A stretch of DNA of 43,407 nucleotides from a virus (taxonomy: Duplodnaviria > Caudoviricetes). The translations under genes were made by a program, and so were the position numbers. The notes under the pieces were generated by a model. It was not told where the DNA came from, made no database searches, and saw nothing but the letters and a program-made list of their open reading frames with translations. This document shows, in pieces, positions 25,883-35,701 of this stretch. Positions within the stretch are counted from its first letter, which is position 1, and the number at the start of each line of letters is the position of its first letter. The stretch covers positions 1 through 43,407 of IMG/VR virus record IMGVR_UViG_3300011437_000007; one strand, 5' to 3'.

Positions 25883-27046
25883 TCAGCGTTCCAAGTAGAC
25901 GATGTTGTGGCGGTCGCCCGCCGTGGCCACGACCCGCCAACCGAGACGCGGGATGCGATCCTCTGCACGATGCTGTGTCGGCCTGATCACGATGGCTGTG
26001 GCGCGGTGCCCCTGAATCTTCGCGTAGGTTCTGAGAGCCCCGTTCGCCGCTGGTAGGTCGCTGTGCTCGAGTGGACAGTTGCTCGAGCCGCCGCGCGTGT
26101 AGGCACCGAAAGGCGCATCGAGCGGGATTGCCTTCATCCCAGCAACAAACTGCCGATAGCATTCCTGCTGCACCGGACGCGGCACCACGGCATTAATCAG
26201 ATCGTCACCATGGGCTGTTGCTCCGCCGCAAAAGAGCCCCGCCGATGCCGCGTAGTCGAAGAAGTCCGCGGGGACGTTACTGCGGCTGTCGCCCTTGGCT
26301 TCTTCCGCCGCACCGGTGGGCTCATCCTCCACCACCGGCACGCCGACGCCATCAAAGAACACGCGCCGCCCTTTGTGGGGGGCGCTACTCACCACAGCCC
26401 GCCAGCCCTCGTAGAGCTCTTCCGCGCTGTGCGGGGTCCGGGGCCACTCCGCTTTGCGTACACTGTGATTCGTGAAGTAATCGAGGACACCCGCCATGCT
26501 CTGCACGAGTACCCCATCGACCATCGCTTCATCCAGGCGGTAGTTGCCGGAGGCTTGGAAGGCCGACCTGACCCGGCCCATCTTGGCGACGTCCATGCCG
26601 TTCTTGAAGGGTTCGTTGCAGTGCTCGAAGGGATTGACCCCGGCCTGAATGGACTCCAGATAGCGCCGCTGATCGTCGTGGTCGGGCATCAGAAGCTGGA
26701 GATCGCCCAGGGTGAGCTCGACATACAGCCCGCGCCGATTGACGGTCTCTAGGAGCCGCTGGACCTGTTCCGGGGTCAGGATGAACGGCGCCATGTGGCG
26801 TTGCTCCGGGACGATCTTCATCGTCAGGAACACTCGGAGGACGTTGAAGCCAGTGCTCTGCGCCCAGTCCAGAAAGGGTGTCACGTTCTCCCCGAGGGCG
26901 ATCCGCGCGCCGAGCAGGAACGCCGACGCCCCACACCAGCGCCAGGGCTGGCCGCCCGAGTCAATGACGGGGCCGCGTGCCGACAGGGCGGGCAGGACCA
27001 CCGGCCCCGCGGTGTGCGTATCGGTGAGGAGGAGAAAGCTACTCAT
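25883..27046 (-). CDS. Glycoside hydrolase, clan GH-A (GH5-like) TIM barrel
   Basis: GFNVLRVF, RRGLYVELT, acid/base 'CNEP', nucleophile region 'PVVEDEP'. Confidence 0.7.
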   Translation of the reverse strand: MSSFLLLTDTHTAGPVVLPALSARGPVIDSGGQPWRWCGASAFLLGARIALGENVTPFLDWAQSTGFNVLRVFLTMKIVPEQRHMAPFILTPEQVQRLLETVNRRGLYVELTLGDLQLLMPDHDDQRRYLESIQAGVNPFEHCNEPFKNGMDVAKMGRVRSAFQASGNYRLDEAMVDGVLVQSMAGVLDYFTNHSVRKAEWPRTPHSAEELYEGWRAVVSSAPHKGRRVFFDGVGVPVVEDEPTGAAEEAKGDSRSNVPADFFDYAASAGLFCGGATAHGDDLINAVVPRPVQQECYRQFVAGMKAIPLDAPFGAYTRGGSSNCPLEHSDLPAANGALRTYAKIQGHRATAIVIRPTQHRAEDRIPRLGWRVVATAGDRHNIVYLER

Positions 27047-27294
27047 CACCCCACCAGCGGAAAGGCGTACGTCGCGTCGTCCACTTCTTCGAACACCGCC
27101 CGTGTCCCGTCGTCCTTTAGCGTCTCCCACGCGCCCGCGGTACCTGCCGGCCGTGTCTCCACGGTACCGCTCGGTTGTACCGACATGACCGTGTCCGCTC
27201 CTTTCGGGTACCGGCAGGTGAAGTACCCCGCCCGTGACGGGTGCGGAATCAGATCGCGGCGATGGAGGACAAAGGTGGCTTTCTGCTCGCTCAT
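27046..27294 (-). CDS. Small protein with a fascin/beta-trefoil-like repeat
   Basis: 'MSVQPSGTVETRP....GAWET' motif; TGATG-coupled to the GH gene. Confidence 0.5.
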   Translation of the reverse strand: MSEQKATFVLHRRDLIPHPSRAGYFTCRYPKGADTVMSVQPSGTVETRPAGTAGAWETLKDDGTRAVFEEVDDATYAFPLVG

Positions 27295-27773
27295 GTCAGG
27301 AGTCCTTTCAAATGACCCAGGGCCGTCCGTTGCCGGTGCCAGATCGCCTGTTGTGTCAGGCCTTCCTGATCCGCAAGGGTCTGGTGTGGCGTCTCATCCC
27401 AGAAGCGTGCCCGCAGCGTGGCTTGATCCACCGGGCCTAATTGCGCGATCGCCGCGTGCAATTCGCCATACAACACTTGCCGATCCGCTGGCACGTCAGC
27501 GGCGGCGTGGGGCTCCTGGAGCGTCACGTCGAAGTCCATGTCCCGCACCACTATTCCGTTCCGCCGTTGCCGCTTGAACGGGCCGCAGGTGCGGTAGCAG
27601 TCCACCATCGCCCCATGCAACCGGAGCTGCGTGACATCCGGCGTCGAGAGGGCCGCCACCCACGCGGCCTGCTCGAGGTCGCAGAGGTCCACGCCATACC
27701 GCGATCGGCGGTAGCCCATCAGGCGCCGCGCGATCCGGCGAATGTGCGAGCCGATGAGCACGTGATCGGTCAT
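27291..27773 (-). CDS. Sigma70-family sigma factor (region 2 plus region 4)
   Basis: IARR..DLEQAAW..HGAMVD..R; AIAQL..DQATL..RF....T...LA...GLT...I......AL..LK. Confidence 0.75.
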   Translation of the reverse strand: MTDHVLIGSHIRRIARRLMGYRRSRYGVDLCDLEQAAWVAALSTPDVTQLRLHGAMVDCYRTCGPFKRQRRNGIVVRDMDFDVTLQEPHAAADVPADRQVLYGELHAAIAQLGPVDQATLRARFWDETPHQTLADQEGLTQQAIWHRQRTALGHLKGLLT

Positions 27774-28222
27774 CAGGTAATCCGCCGGATGCCGAGAATG
27801 CGCGACTTCGGAAAACTCGCCACGCTCACGGAATCACCTTGATTCCCCCCCAACACCGTGACGGTCGCCGCATCCTGCCCGACATACATCCCGACGTGGC
27901 CCGGAGCTGCGAGCACGGTGGGGCCAGGCTGCACGCCCGTCCCGCGCTTCAAGATCACCACGTCGTGGCCCGGCTGGGCATCCGATAACGGCACGCTCGT
28001 GCCGACGAGCAACCAACTGCGCGCGGCCAGTGATCGACTGCGCGGCAAGCCGAGCAGGAAGAACACAAAATTCGTGAACGCGCTGCACCAACTCGTTTGG
28101 TCATCCTGCACCCATTTCGCATCGAGTTGCAGCATCGCCAGAATGAGCGGATTGCTCGACGTGCCCGCCATCTCCTTGATGCCGATGAACCGCTGCGCGA
28201 TTTGGAGTGGGGTCACTACCAT
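27773..28222 (-). CDS. Endolysin, NlpC/P60/CHAP-like (TIGR02594 type)
   Basis: A.RFIG.KE..G..SNP.I..DDQTSWCSAF..SLAARSW..GHVG..LGGNQGDSV. Confidence 0.88.
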   Translation of the reverse strand: MVVTPLQIAQRFIGIKEMAGTSSNPLILAMLQLDAKWVQDDQTSWCSAFTNFVFFLLGLPRSRSLAARSWLLVGTSVPLSDAQPGHDVVILKRGTGVQPGPTVLAAPGHVGMYVGQDAATVTVLGGNQGDSVSVASFPKSRILGIRRIT

Positions 28223-28479
28223 TTTTTATTTTCGTGATCCTTTCGGCCCTGATCGCGCCACCACTGATCGCTGAACTCCCGCCCTTCGGGTTTCCGCACG
28301 CCGAAGAACCATCTCAACATACGGAGCCACCACGGGCGCCCTTTCGGCTCCCGGCGATGATGCTCTTGCAGCATCTTGCGCTCGCAGTGATCGCAGATGC
28401 CGTGGATCGGTTCGGCTGATTCATCCCCGCGCTCAAGGATCCGCAGGCACCACGCGCACTGGACTGTCGGCTTCGCCAT
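28216..28479 (-). CDS. Small Cys/His protein
   Basis: CAWC...IHGICDHC. Confidence 0.6.
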   Translation of the reverse strand: MAKPTVQCAWCLRILERGDESAEPIHGICDHCERKMLQEHHRREPKGRPWWLRMLRWFFGVRKPEGREFSDQWWRDQGRKDHENKKW

Positions 28480-28667
28480 CCCGGATCGGCCCCCTCATCA
28501 GTGGTGGTGCCGAGTGATGTGCAGCAATACCTGACGGCGCCACCCGCGGTGCGTCAGACTCAGGTACCGCTCGATGCGCGTCAGCCGTGCCGCGAGTTTC
28601 ACATCGCGAGACTTGGACGCCCTGGCGTTGCGACGAGTGATGTCTGTGGCCTCGCGCGTCTTCGCCA

Positions 28668-28859
28668 TCACAATCTCGGGACGGGGACGTCAGACACGCC
28701 GATCGCCCGTGCCACCACCAACACGATCACGAGCAAGACGAGCACCCAGATAATGTTGTCGATGATCGCCGGATGGCCGGGCGCGAGCGTGCCCAGCACC
28801 CACACCGCCAGCCAGCCGATGAGCACGACGACGACGATGTAGATCAAGAGTCCCAGCAT
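28668..28859 (-). CDS. Small two-TM membrane protein, holin candidate
   Basis: Two hydrophobic helices; upstream of the endolysin. Confidence 0.6.
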   Translation of the reverse strand: MLGLLIYIVVVVLIGWLAVWVLGTLAPGHPAIIDNIIWVLVLLVIVLVVARAIGVSDVPVPRL

Positions 28860-28941
28860 GCGACCCATCCCCTTCCGTGCGGGGCTCGGCCCCACACATA
28901 CCGATTACGCCCAGCGATCGCGAGGAGCCCTCACGGCATCG

Positions 28942-29661
28942 TTAGACCCCGAAACTTCGTAACAGCGCGGCCAATCCCACGATCGCGCCGATGAGACCCA
29001 CCAGATAGCCCCACCCCGCAGAGAGGCCGATCCCTTTTCCCTCGATGCGATTGATCCGGTCTTTCACGTCCCCGATCTTGTCGTCGAAGCCTTTCTGTTG
29101 CTGCGAAATGAGCGTCGTCAACTGGTCGATCTGCTTCGTTGTGGAGGCTTCGCTTTTCGCAATCGCCAAGGCGCTGGATTTGTTCTGCTCGCCCACGGCT
29201 TCTTTCGCCGCCTGCAACGCGGCATCCACCGCCACCTTGCTATCCTTGGACGACTGCTCGGTGCGTACGTCGCGCTCTTTGAACTGTGTCTGGATGCTGC
29301 TAAATTTCTCCGCGTGTGAGTCGAGAATCGACGCGAACCTCTGCTCGTGGACATCACGTAACGCGTTGATCTTTTCATCGATGCGCGACGGAAACTTGTC
29401 CGACGTGTCTTGCAACAACTTGATGGCCTTGTCCATGCCATCAAGGCGCGTCTCGAGAATGCCGCGAATTAAACTATTCGCCGCCTGCACGCTCTCAATG
29501 CGCGTCTCCACCAATTCGCGCAAGCCGAAAATCTCACGCTGAAGTTGGCGCGTCGTCAGCAGTGACGGATCGGGCACGGGCACATTCAACCCACCCTCAA
29601 GCGGGATCCCGGCCCGATCGAGCGCGAGTTGTTTGTCGTCTCCTATGGCCATCGTGTTCAT
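28942..29661 (-). CDS. Coiled-coil protein with a C-terminal TM helix
   Basis: 'AVDAALQAAKEAV..KSE..TTKQIDQ' heptads and a C-terminal hydrophobic anchor. Confidence 0.7.
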   Translation of the reverse strand: MNTMAIGDDKQLALDRAGIPLEGGLNVPVPDPSLLTTRQLQREIFGLRELVETRIESVQAANSLIRGILETRLDGMDKAIKLLQDTSDKFPSRIDEKINALRDVHEQRFASILDSHAEKFSSIQTQFKERDVRTEQSSKDSKVAVDAALQAAKEAVGEQNKSSALAIAKSEASTTKQIDQLTTLISQQQKGFDDKIGDVKDRINRIEGKGIGLSAGWGYLVGLIGAIVGLAALLRSFGV

Positions 29662-29810
29662 CCCCTGTGGATATCAAGGAGACGTCGCCCGATCGACCTC
29701 CCCCCACCTGGACACACACACCCAGAGGCGGCTGGGGGGCAGACGCCATCGTGTTCCCCAGGTGCGCAGGGGGCCGGAGGTCTTGGCCTCCGACCCCACT
29801 CACTCCACGA

Positions 29811-30146
29811 CTACGCGACCGGTGTGGGCGGCAGCTCCGGCACTGGCTCCGGCACCGGTTCCGGCACCGGCTCCACCGGGTCCGCCGCGAGGCCGTTCAA
29901 CGACACCGCGAGCGCATCGAGCGCCACGACGCCGTTGTCGATGCGATTCGTTTCCGCATCGAGCGCCGCTCGGACTTCGGCGACTTCCGCATCCGACATG
30001 CGCGTGCTGATCTTCGCCGCGAGCGCAAACACGCGCGTGCTGAGCGCGTCGTACGCTGCGCTGAGCGCGGTGAGACCGGCGCCGACTTTGTTGGTCGCCG
30101 TGTTGAGGGCCGCCACAGCGGCATCGAGTTCGGGATTTCTGGCCAT
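29811..30146 (-). CDS. Ala-rich coiled-coil protein with (PEPV)n tail
   Basis: AAGGAG RBS; 12-bp repeat tail. Confidence 0.65.
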   Translation of the reverse strand: MARNPELDAAVAALNTATNKVGAGLTALSAAYDALSTRVFALAAKISTRMSDAEVAEVRAALDAETNRIDNGVVALDALAVSLNGLAADPVEPVPEPVPEPVPELPPTPVA

Positions 30147-30176
30147 GTTGTCTGTCTCCTTCGTGACGGTTGACGT

Positions 30177-30509
30177 TTACGTGAGGGGGGGTATCGGTGG
30201 ATCACTCGGCGCGGTGGCGTCCAGATCGGCCGCCATCGTCACCAACTGGTCCGCGTACTTCGTGAGATCGACATGCTTCGCGGTGAGCAGCGCCACAAGC
30301 GCCGCGGCATCGAGCGTGTCGGGCGCGGCCGCCGCAATCCACAACTTGAATGCCGCGAGATTCAACTCACCTCCTTCGGAACAAAATTCGTGCGCGCCGA
30401 TCTTCACCCGCACTGACGAACCGCTCGACGCGCGGTGCAGGCCCTCGCGCTCGATCGGGTAGGTCGATGTGGTGGTGCGATCGTGGTAGGCCTGTTTCTC
30501 TTGGTCCAT
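30177..30509 (-). CDS. Hypothetical protein
   Basis: 110-aa ORF with a GAGG RBS. Confidence 0.55.
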   Translation of the reverse strand: MDQEKQAYHDRTTTSTYPIEREGLHRASSGSSVRVKIGAHEFCSEGGELNLAAFKLWIAAAAPDTLDAAALVALLTAKHVDLTKYADQLVTMAADLDATAPSDPPIPPLT

Positions 30510-30521
30510 CCTCTGGCTCCT

Positions 30522-31391
30522 TTAGAATCCCAATTGCGACAGGATCCACGCGCGGACCTGTTGCTGTTGCCGGGCCTGTTCGGCGTGTCGCGCCGCGATC
30601 GCCGCCTTATTGCGGGTGTCGATCTGCGCCGTCTCGTCGGGCGTCGGCGTGGGTTGTGACCGCCCGAGGCCCATCACGCCGATGTCGGTGCGTGTGGGCT
30701 CCACCGTCTGGGCGAAGTCCGTCGCGCCCGTCATGACCGAGAGCGGCGACAGAATGCGGCCAACCGCCCCAGCCGCCTTGCCCGCCGCCGTGCGCGCCAC
30801 GCCCGCTTTTGCGGCGACCTTCGGCGCTTCTGGGCCGATGGCGACTTTGCCGTCAGGCCCGAGGATGCGGACGACTTTCTGCCCCATCGACTCGGCGTAG
30901 TGGTCCAGCGCCTTTGTTGGGGTGCCGGTGCCGATCAGATCCTTCGTGCCCAGCATCAAGCCTGGCGTCTCTTTGGCGTAGTTGATGACGCCGAGCGCGC
31001 GGCCCGCGTTCTTCGCCACCGCGGGGGCTTCCCCCGCCAGGCGGCCGGCCGTCTCGCGGATGACGCTCTGCGCGGGTGTCACACCACGAATGGAGGCGCC
31101 GACCACGGCCCCCGGCACGCCCCCGATCCCCGCGCCGATGCCGCCGGCGACCGTGGAGATCCCGGCCCCGATGGTCTTCTGTGTGCCGGCGGGATGCTTC
31201 GCCGCGAAGCGCGCGAGGCCCCGTCCAGCGGCCGGGACGGCCCGGAGCGCCCCGATCGTCGCGCTGGCGCCCCCGGATCCGTGCGCCTGCGGTGGGGCCT
31301 CTGGTGCGGCCTCTGGTGCCACGAAGGCGGCAAAGGGGTCGTCCTGCACCACAAACGCCGCAAAGGGGTCGTTTTGGGGCTGTGGAGGCAT
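30522..31391 (-). CDS. Putative DNA ejection/internal virion protein
   Basis: Repeated N-terminal 'DPFAAFV'; Gly/Ala-rich; position after the tail genes. Confidence 0.6.
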   Translation of the reverse strand: MPPQPQNDPFAAFVVQDDPFAAFVAPEAAPEAPPQAHGSGGASATIGALRAVPAAGRGLARFAAKHPAGTQKTIGAGISTVAGGIGAGIGGVPGAVVGASIRGVTPAQSVIRETAGRLAGEAPAVAKNAGRALGVINYAKETPGLMLGTKDLIGTGTPTKALDHYAESMGQKVVRILGPDGKVAIGPEAPKVAAKAGVARTAAGKAAGAVGRILSPLSVMTGATDFAQTVEPTRTDIGVMGLGRSQPTPTPDETAQIDTRNKAAIAARHAEQARQQQQVRAWILSQLGF

Positions 31392-32395
31392 TAGCGCCGC
31401 TTGGCTCCCTTCGCTTCCATCTCGGCGACGTTGTCAGCGGGCACCATCAAGGACCGCCCATCAGGGGCCACCATCGGCACGACACCGCCCCGCGGCGCGC
31501 CCGGCTGCTGGGCGGGTGACTGGTTCGGTTCGCCGAAGAACTCCTCGTACGCCTTCCCAGACGCGAATTTCAGGCCATCCAATACGGCTTGCCGTGAGCG
31601 TCGTTTAAGCGCAAGCGTCTCCTGGGAATCGCCGGGTTGCGCGAAATACGTTTTCGCGTCGTTCTCATACTCAGCCGTGGGAATGGCGGCGCCGGATTCC
31701 TTCCGCAGTCTGGCCTCCGTAAAGGCCCGTTGCGACTGCCGATAGGATTGATTTGTGTTGGACTGGGCCCAGTTCGGCGCGTACTGCAACTGCGCCTGAC
31801 CCGCCACACTTTTCTTCGCGATCTCGTCTTCGAGCGGCACGATTTCTTCGCTGGCGGTCTTCGCCCGATTGAAGTACGCGAGCGCGGTCCGTTCCGCGCC
31901 GAGGGACGGACGCGAGCCGCCGTACTTCGCCTTGATCTGTTCCTTCGCTTCAAACTCTTTCAGTTCGTCGGCAGACGAGGGCTGCGTGCTCGTGCGAATC
32001 CCGGCCACACGCGCCTGCTGATTCCCCTGCGCCTGAATCTGGGCGAGTTCGTTCTGATGCCCCCGCTCCTGTAGCAACCCGGCTTGCGCTCTCGCATCAG
32101 CCTCGGTCAGTGGCTTGCGCTCCAGTTCCTGTGTTTGCGTGCGGAGATAGCCCGTCTGGGCCTCGCGCTGTGGCGCGCCGGCCGTGAACTGTTCGCGCTC
32201 CAACCCTAGTTGGTCCGCATCGAGATCGATGCGCGCGTCGCCCTGCGACACCTGCCGCGCCCGCAGGTGGTTCTCGATCGCGATCTGCTGCTGCTTCTGG
32301 GCTTCCATCTGCGCCGCGATCCGTTGCGCCACCATCTCGCGCAACGCCATGTCGGCCCCGGCCGCGCCCCCGTACTGCGTGAACCTCGACGCCAT
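31391..32395 (-). CDS. Putative DNA ejection protein
   Basis: Gln-rich helices and an 'LRKESGAAI...EY...YF.QPGDS' motif. Confidence 0.65.
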   Translation of the reverse strand: MASRFTQYGGAAGADMALREMVAQRIAAQMEAQKQQQIAIENHLRARQVSQGDARIDLDADQLGLEREQFTAGAPQREAQTGYLRTQTQELERKPLTEADARAQAGLLQERGHQNELAQIQAQGNQQARVAGIRTSTQPSSADELKEFEAKEQIKAKYGGSRPSLGAERTALAYFNRAKTASEEIVPLEDEIAKKSVAGQAQLQYAPNWAQSNTNQSYRQSQRAFTEARLRKESGAAIPTAEYENDAKTYFAQPGDSQETLALKRRSRQAVLDGLKFASGKAYEEFFGEPNQSPAQQPGAPRGGVVPMVAPDGRSLMVPADNVAEMEAKGAKRR

Positions 32396-33393
32396 CAGAA
32401 GTACCTGACCTTCCCGTAAATCTCATTCACGCGATCCTGATTCGCCGCGTTCAGCCGGGGGACTTCTTCGTCCGGCGGCGGTCTGTTGAAGAGGCCCGAT
32501 TCCTGCAGCGCCCCGACGGCCGTGCTCCCCATCCGCAGCGCATTCAGGAAGGAGTCCATCCCGCTGCCCTCCGGCATCTGCGGAGTGGCCTCCGTCTGTT
32601 GCATCGTCGGGACGTCGCTGCCGCTCTCGAGCGCTGTCATCGCGCGGTCGCGCATTATGGCAATGGTCTCGGGGCTCATGCGCCCGCCATTATCGAAACG
32701 TGCGCGCGGATCGGTCGGTGTCTTCATGCTGCCGAGCATGTCGGCACTCGCGACTTGCCGCATCCGGTTTTGTTCGGCGCCGGTCTTCGCCGTGGCGTAC
32801 TGCAGCGCTTGGCTGTTCTGCGTCCCGATGCGCTGCTGTTCCATCCCGTGCCGCGTCAGATCGTATTCAGCCTGGGCGCCGCGGTCCTGGGATCGCTGGT
32901 CCGCCGCGCCGCCGGCGAGCTTCCCGGCCGTCGAGAGGCCCAGGCCCAGAAGGGCCGCCTTCGATCCCCCGAGCGCGCCGAGAAAGCTGCCGCCCGTCCC
33001 GGCGGCGGTGCCCGCCGCCCCGGCCGCGCCCGCGCCGGTGGCCGCACTGGTGCCACCCGCAGCGCCACTCGCGGCCCCCGCAGCCCCGCCGAACACGCCC
33101 GCCGCGCCCATCGTCCCCACGGCCGCCGCGCCGATGATGGCGATCTTGACGCCCGTCGGCAGGCCCGCCCATCCGCCCTTCTCGTTCAGGTTCCCCGCCG
33201 GATCGATTTTCATGTCGCCAGGCAGTTGCACGCCGGCCTGCTGCTCCACCAGCGCCTTCAACTCGTTCCGCTGGCGGTCGTTCAGCTTGACCTGATTGGG
33301 ATTCAGCCCGCGCTGTTGAAACCACTCCTGGTACCAGGGCGTTTGCCGAATGTTCAGATTAAAGGCATTGATGTCGGTGTCCGTCATACCCAT
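32395..33393 (-). CDS. Putative DNA ejection/pilot protein
   Basis: Gly/Ala-rich hydrophobic segment typical of pilot proteins. Confidence 0.6.
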   Translation of the reverse strand: MGMTDTDINAFNLNIRQTPWYQEWFQQRGLNPNQVKLNDRQRNELKALVEQQAGVQLPGDMKIDPAGNLNEKGGWAGLPTGVKIAIIGAAAVGTMGAAGVFGGAAGAASGAAGGTSAATGAGAAGAAGTAAGTGGSFLGALGGSKAALLGLGLSTAGKLAGGAADQRSQDRGAQAEYDLTRHGMEQQRIGTQNSQALQYATAKTGAEQNRMRQVASADMLGSMKTPTDPRARFDNGGRMSPETIAIMRDRAMTALESGSDVPTMQQTEATPQMPEGSGMDSFLNALRMGSTAVGALQESGLFNRPPPDEEVPRLNAANQDRVNEIYGKVRYF

Positions 33394-33426
33394 GACGTCA
33401 GATCTCCGTAGTAAAATAGAGAGTGA

Positions 33427-33906
33427 ATGCTCGCCTATTCATCGCCCACTCTCGAAACACGGTTGTGGTCCTACGCCGACAAAACCGATACGTGCTGGCT
33501 CTGGAAGAAAGGCCGTAATCGCGGCGGCTATCCACTCGTACACGCCGGAGGCGTGGGTAGCGAACTCGCGCATCGCATTGCGTGGACGTTGACACACGGC
33601 CCGATTCCAAGCGGCTTGAAGGTCTGTCACACATGCGACGTGCGCCACTGCATCAATCCGGCGCATCTGTTTCTTGGCACACAGCGCGACAACATGCGCG
33701 ACTGCAAGCAGAAAGGTCGCTGGCCGGTTCGCCCACGCGGCGGAGACAATCACAAGGCTAAAGTGTCCGAGGCTGACGTGCGAGCGATCCGATGCGTCTA
33801 TGCTGCGAAACTGAAGACACAGGCTGAGATCGCTGGCGACTACGGCGTCACGCAAGCCGTCGTATCGAAAATTGTTCGGCGCGATACGTGGAAGCATCTC
33901 GTCTAG
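33427..33906 (+). CDS. HNH endonuclease, antisense
   Basis: CWLW..GGY..AHRIAW..VCHTCDVRHCINPAHLFLGTQRDNMRD; C-terminal HTH. Confidence 0.92.
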   Translation: MLAYSSPTLETRLWSYADKTDTCWLWKKGRNRGGYPLVHAGGVGSELAHRIAWTLTHGPIPSGLKVCHTCDVRHCINPAHLFLGTQRDNMRDCKQKGRWPVRPRGGDNHKAKVSEADVRAIRCVYAAKLKTQAEIAGDYGVTQAVVSKIVRRDTWKHLV

Positions 33907-34952
33907 CTCATCCCGTACAGTACGCGCCAACGATAATCGTCTTCCGTGTCCCGATTGAGGTTGCGCCCAAACTGGTCATCGAATGTCCGATTGCGATAGC
34001 CGAGGTCGTTATCGAATTGGCGCTTGCTCTCTGCGAGTTGCTTCAGACGAATCGCCTCATCCATCTTGGCGAGTTGCATCTGTAACATTCGCGCGGACTC
34101 TGCATCGCCCGACTGCAACGCCATGTTCATGAGCGACTGCACTTCCGCGCGCCGCTGCTGCACTTCCGCGCCGAGCAGTTGGGCGTCGTTCCCGGCGATG
34201 TCTTCGCCCTTCGCTTCTTGGATGCCGCGGATCTCGGTGTCAAACGCCCCCGAGGACGCCCCGCCCATCAACTGACCTTGGGCCGCCGCCCGTTCGGCGA
34301 GGGCCGCGCGTTCGTCGGTGGCGCCGCGTTCCCGCGCCACGCGGTACGTGTTGCTCTGCGCCGCCAAGGCGGGATCGCTCATCGAGGGGTCAAAGCTCAT
34401 CTTGCCGAGCCGTTCCATGATCAATTTGCGAATCTCCGTCAGGAAGGTATTCGCCGCCGGGGGCGCGCCGCCCGTGCCGCCGCCGCCCACGACTTTCGGA
34501 TTCCCCGTGTTGCTGCCCGGCACGCTTTGCCCGCCGATGAGCGCGCCGGGAGGGCTGATCCCCGTGGGGGGCTTCGCCGCGGCGCTGCCTTTGAGGAACT
34601 GGAGGGTATTGCGCCCGCCCACATCCCCAATCAGGTCCGCAATCCACTTCCCATTCGGGTCGTAGGCCGCATCGCCGCCCTTGATCGTCACGCCCCACTG
34701 TTTGGCGTAGTTCGCCAAGTCCTCGGCGGAGGTCTTGGTGCCAAAGCCCTTGTCGAGCCACCCCTGCCGAAACTTCTCGTAGTCGTAGGGATTCACCGGA
34801 GGCGCCTGTGGGGCGGCCCCGGAGGGATAGCCGCCGTCTTGCGGCCCGGCGATGCCACCGGACCCGAGATCGGTCGGCCCGCCAACCTCACCCAAGTTCG
34901 CCTGCACCCGCTGGCGGTAGGGATCATCGTCCTCGAACTCGTCATAGGCCAT
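33903..34952 (-). CDS. Putative internal virion/ejection protein
   Basis: 349-aa Gly-rich then helical ORF, following the tail fibre. Confidence 0.55.
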   Translation of the reverse strand: MAYDEFEDDDPYRQRVQANLGEVGGPTDLGSGGIAGPQDGGYPSGAAPQAPPVNPYDYEKFRQGWLDKGFGTKTSAEDLANYAKQWGVTIKGGDAAYDPNGKWIADLIGDVGGRNTLQFLKGSAAAKPPTGISPPGALIGGQSVPGSNTGNPKVVGGGGTGGAPPAANTFLTEIRKLIMERLGKMSFDPSMSDPALAAQSNTYRVARERGATDERAALAERAAAQGQLMGGASSGAFDTEIRGIQEAKGEDIAGNDAQLLGAEVQQRRAEVQSLMNMALQSGDAESARMLQMQLAKMDEAIRLKQLAESKRQFDNDLGYRNRTFDDQFGRNLNRDTEDDYRWRVLYGMS

Positions 34953-34963
34953 AGGTCACCTGT

Positions 34964-35701
34964 TCAGGTCTTCACGATGTAGTTGATCACCACATACGGC
35001 GGATTATTGCTGCCCGACGTGCCCACGGCTAACGTCCCCGCACTGTGACTGTGTGCGCTGCCCGCCGCCGACGTCCCGGCGATCGTGTGCGTGTGCGTGC
35101 CGCTCCCGACGATCCCGTGGACGTGCGCCATGTTCGGCATGGCGGTCCCCCCCGCGGTCATGCCGGTCGAGGTGTCGGGCAGATCCACCGTCCCGCCGTG
35201 GTCGTGGTCGCCACCCGCCGCCGCCGAGAGCGACCCGCCGCCGTGCGTATGGCTCGCCTCCGACGCCGTGGACCCACTCACCGCCCCCCCGGTGTGCGTG
35301 TGGCTGAAACTGCCGCCCGTGCCGCCCACCGTATCGCTGGACGATTTCCCCATCGGGAACCGTCGCTGGAGATCAGGGACGTTGAACGTGGTAGACCCGT
35401 CGCCCACCCCAAACGCCGTGCCGACCAGCGCAAAGAGATTCGCGTACGTCGTGCGGCTCACGGGGGCCCCGTCGCACAACAAATACCCGGTCGGCGCGGT
35501 CGTCCCGGCATACGGGAGAATCGTGCCCAGTTGCACGGTGGGTAAGCTCGCCACGCCCGAGGTCAATTCGTTCAAGCGCTCCGCGGCGTTGACGCCCTCG
35601 ACCGCGCCCGCCCACGTCTGGAGCGCCGCCACGATCTGATCGATGACCATCGCCACTTTGGGATCCACCCCGGACCGGTCGTAAGGAATCGTGAGCGGCA
35701 C
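34964..35701 (-). CDS. Short tail fibre with tail-collar domain
   Basis: GTILPYAG..APTGYLLCDG..VSRTTYANLF..G..FG.GDGSTTFNVPDL; HxH repeats; NNPPY..INYIVK. Confidence 0.92.
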   Translation of the reverse strand: MPLTIPYDRSGVDPKVAMVIDQIVAALQTWAGAVEGVNAAERLNELTSGVASLPTVQLGTILPYAGTTAPTGYLLCDGAPVSRTTYANLFALVGTAFGVGDGSTTFNVPDLQRRFPMGKSSSDTVGGTGGSFSHTHTGGAVSGSTASEASHTHGGGSLSAAAGGDHDHGGTVDLPDTSTGMTAGGTAMPNMAHVHGIVGSGTHTHTIAGTSAAGSAHSHSAGTLAVGTSGSNNPPYVVINYIVKT

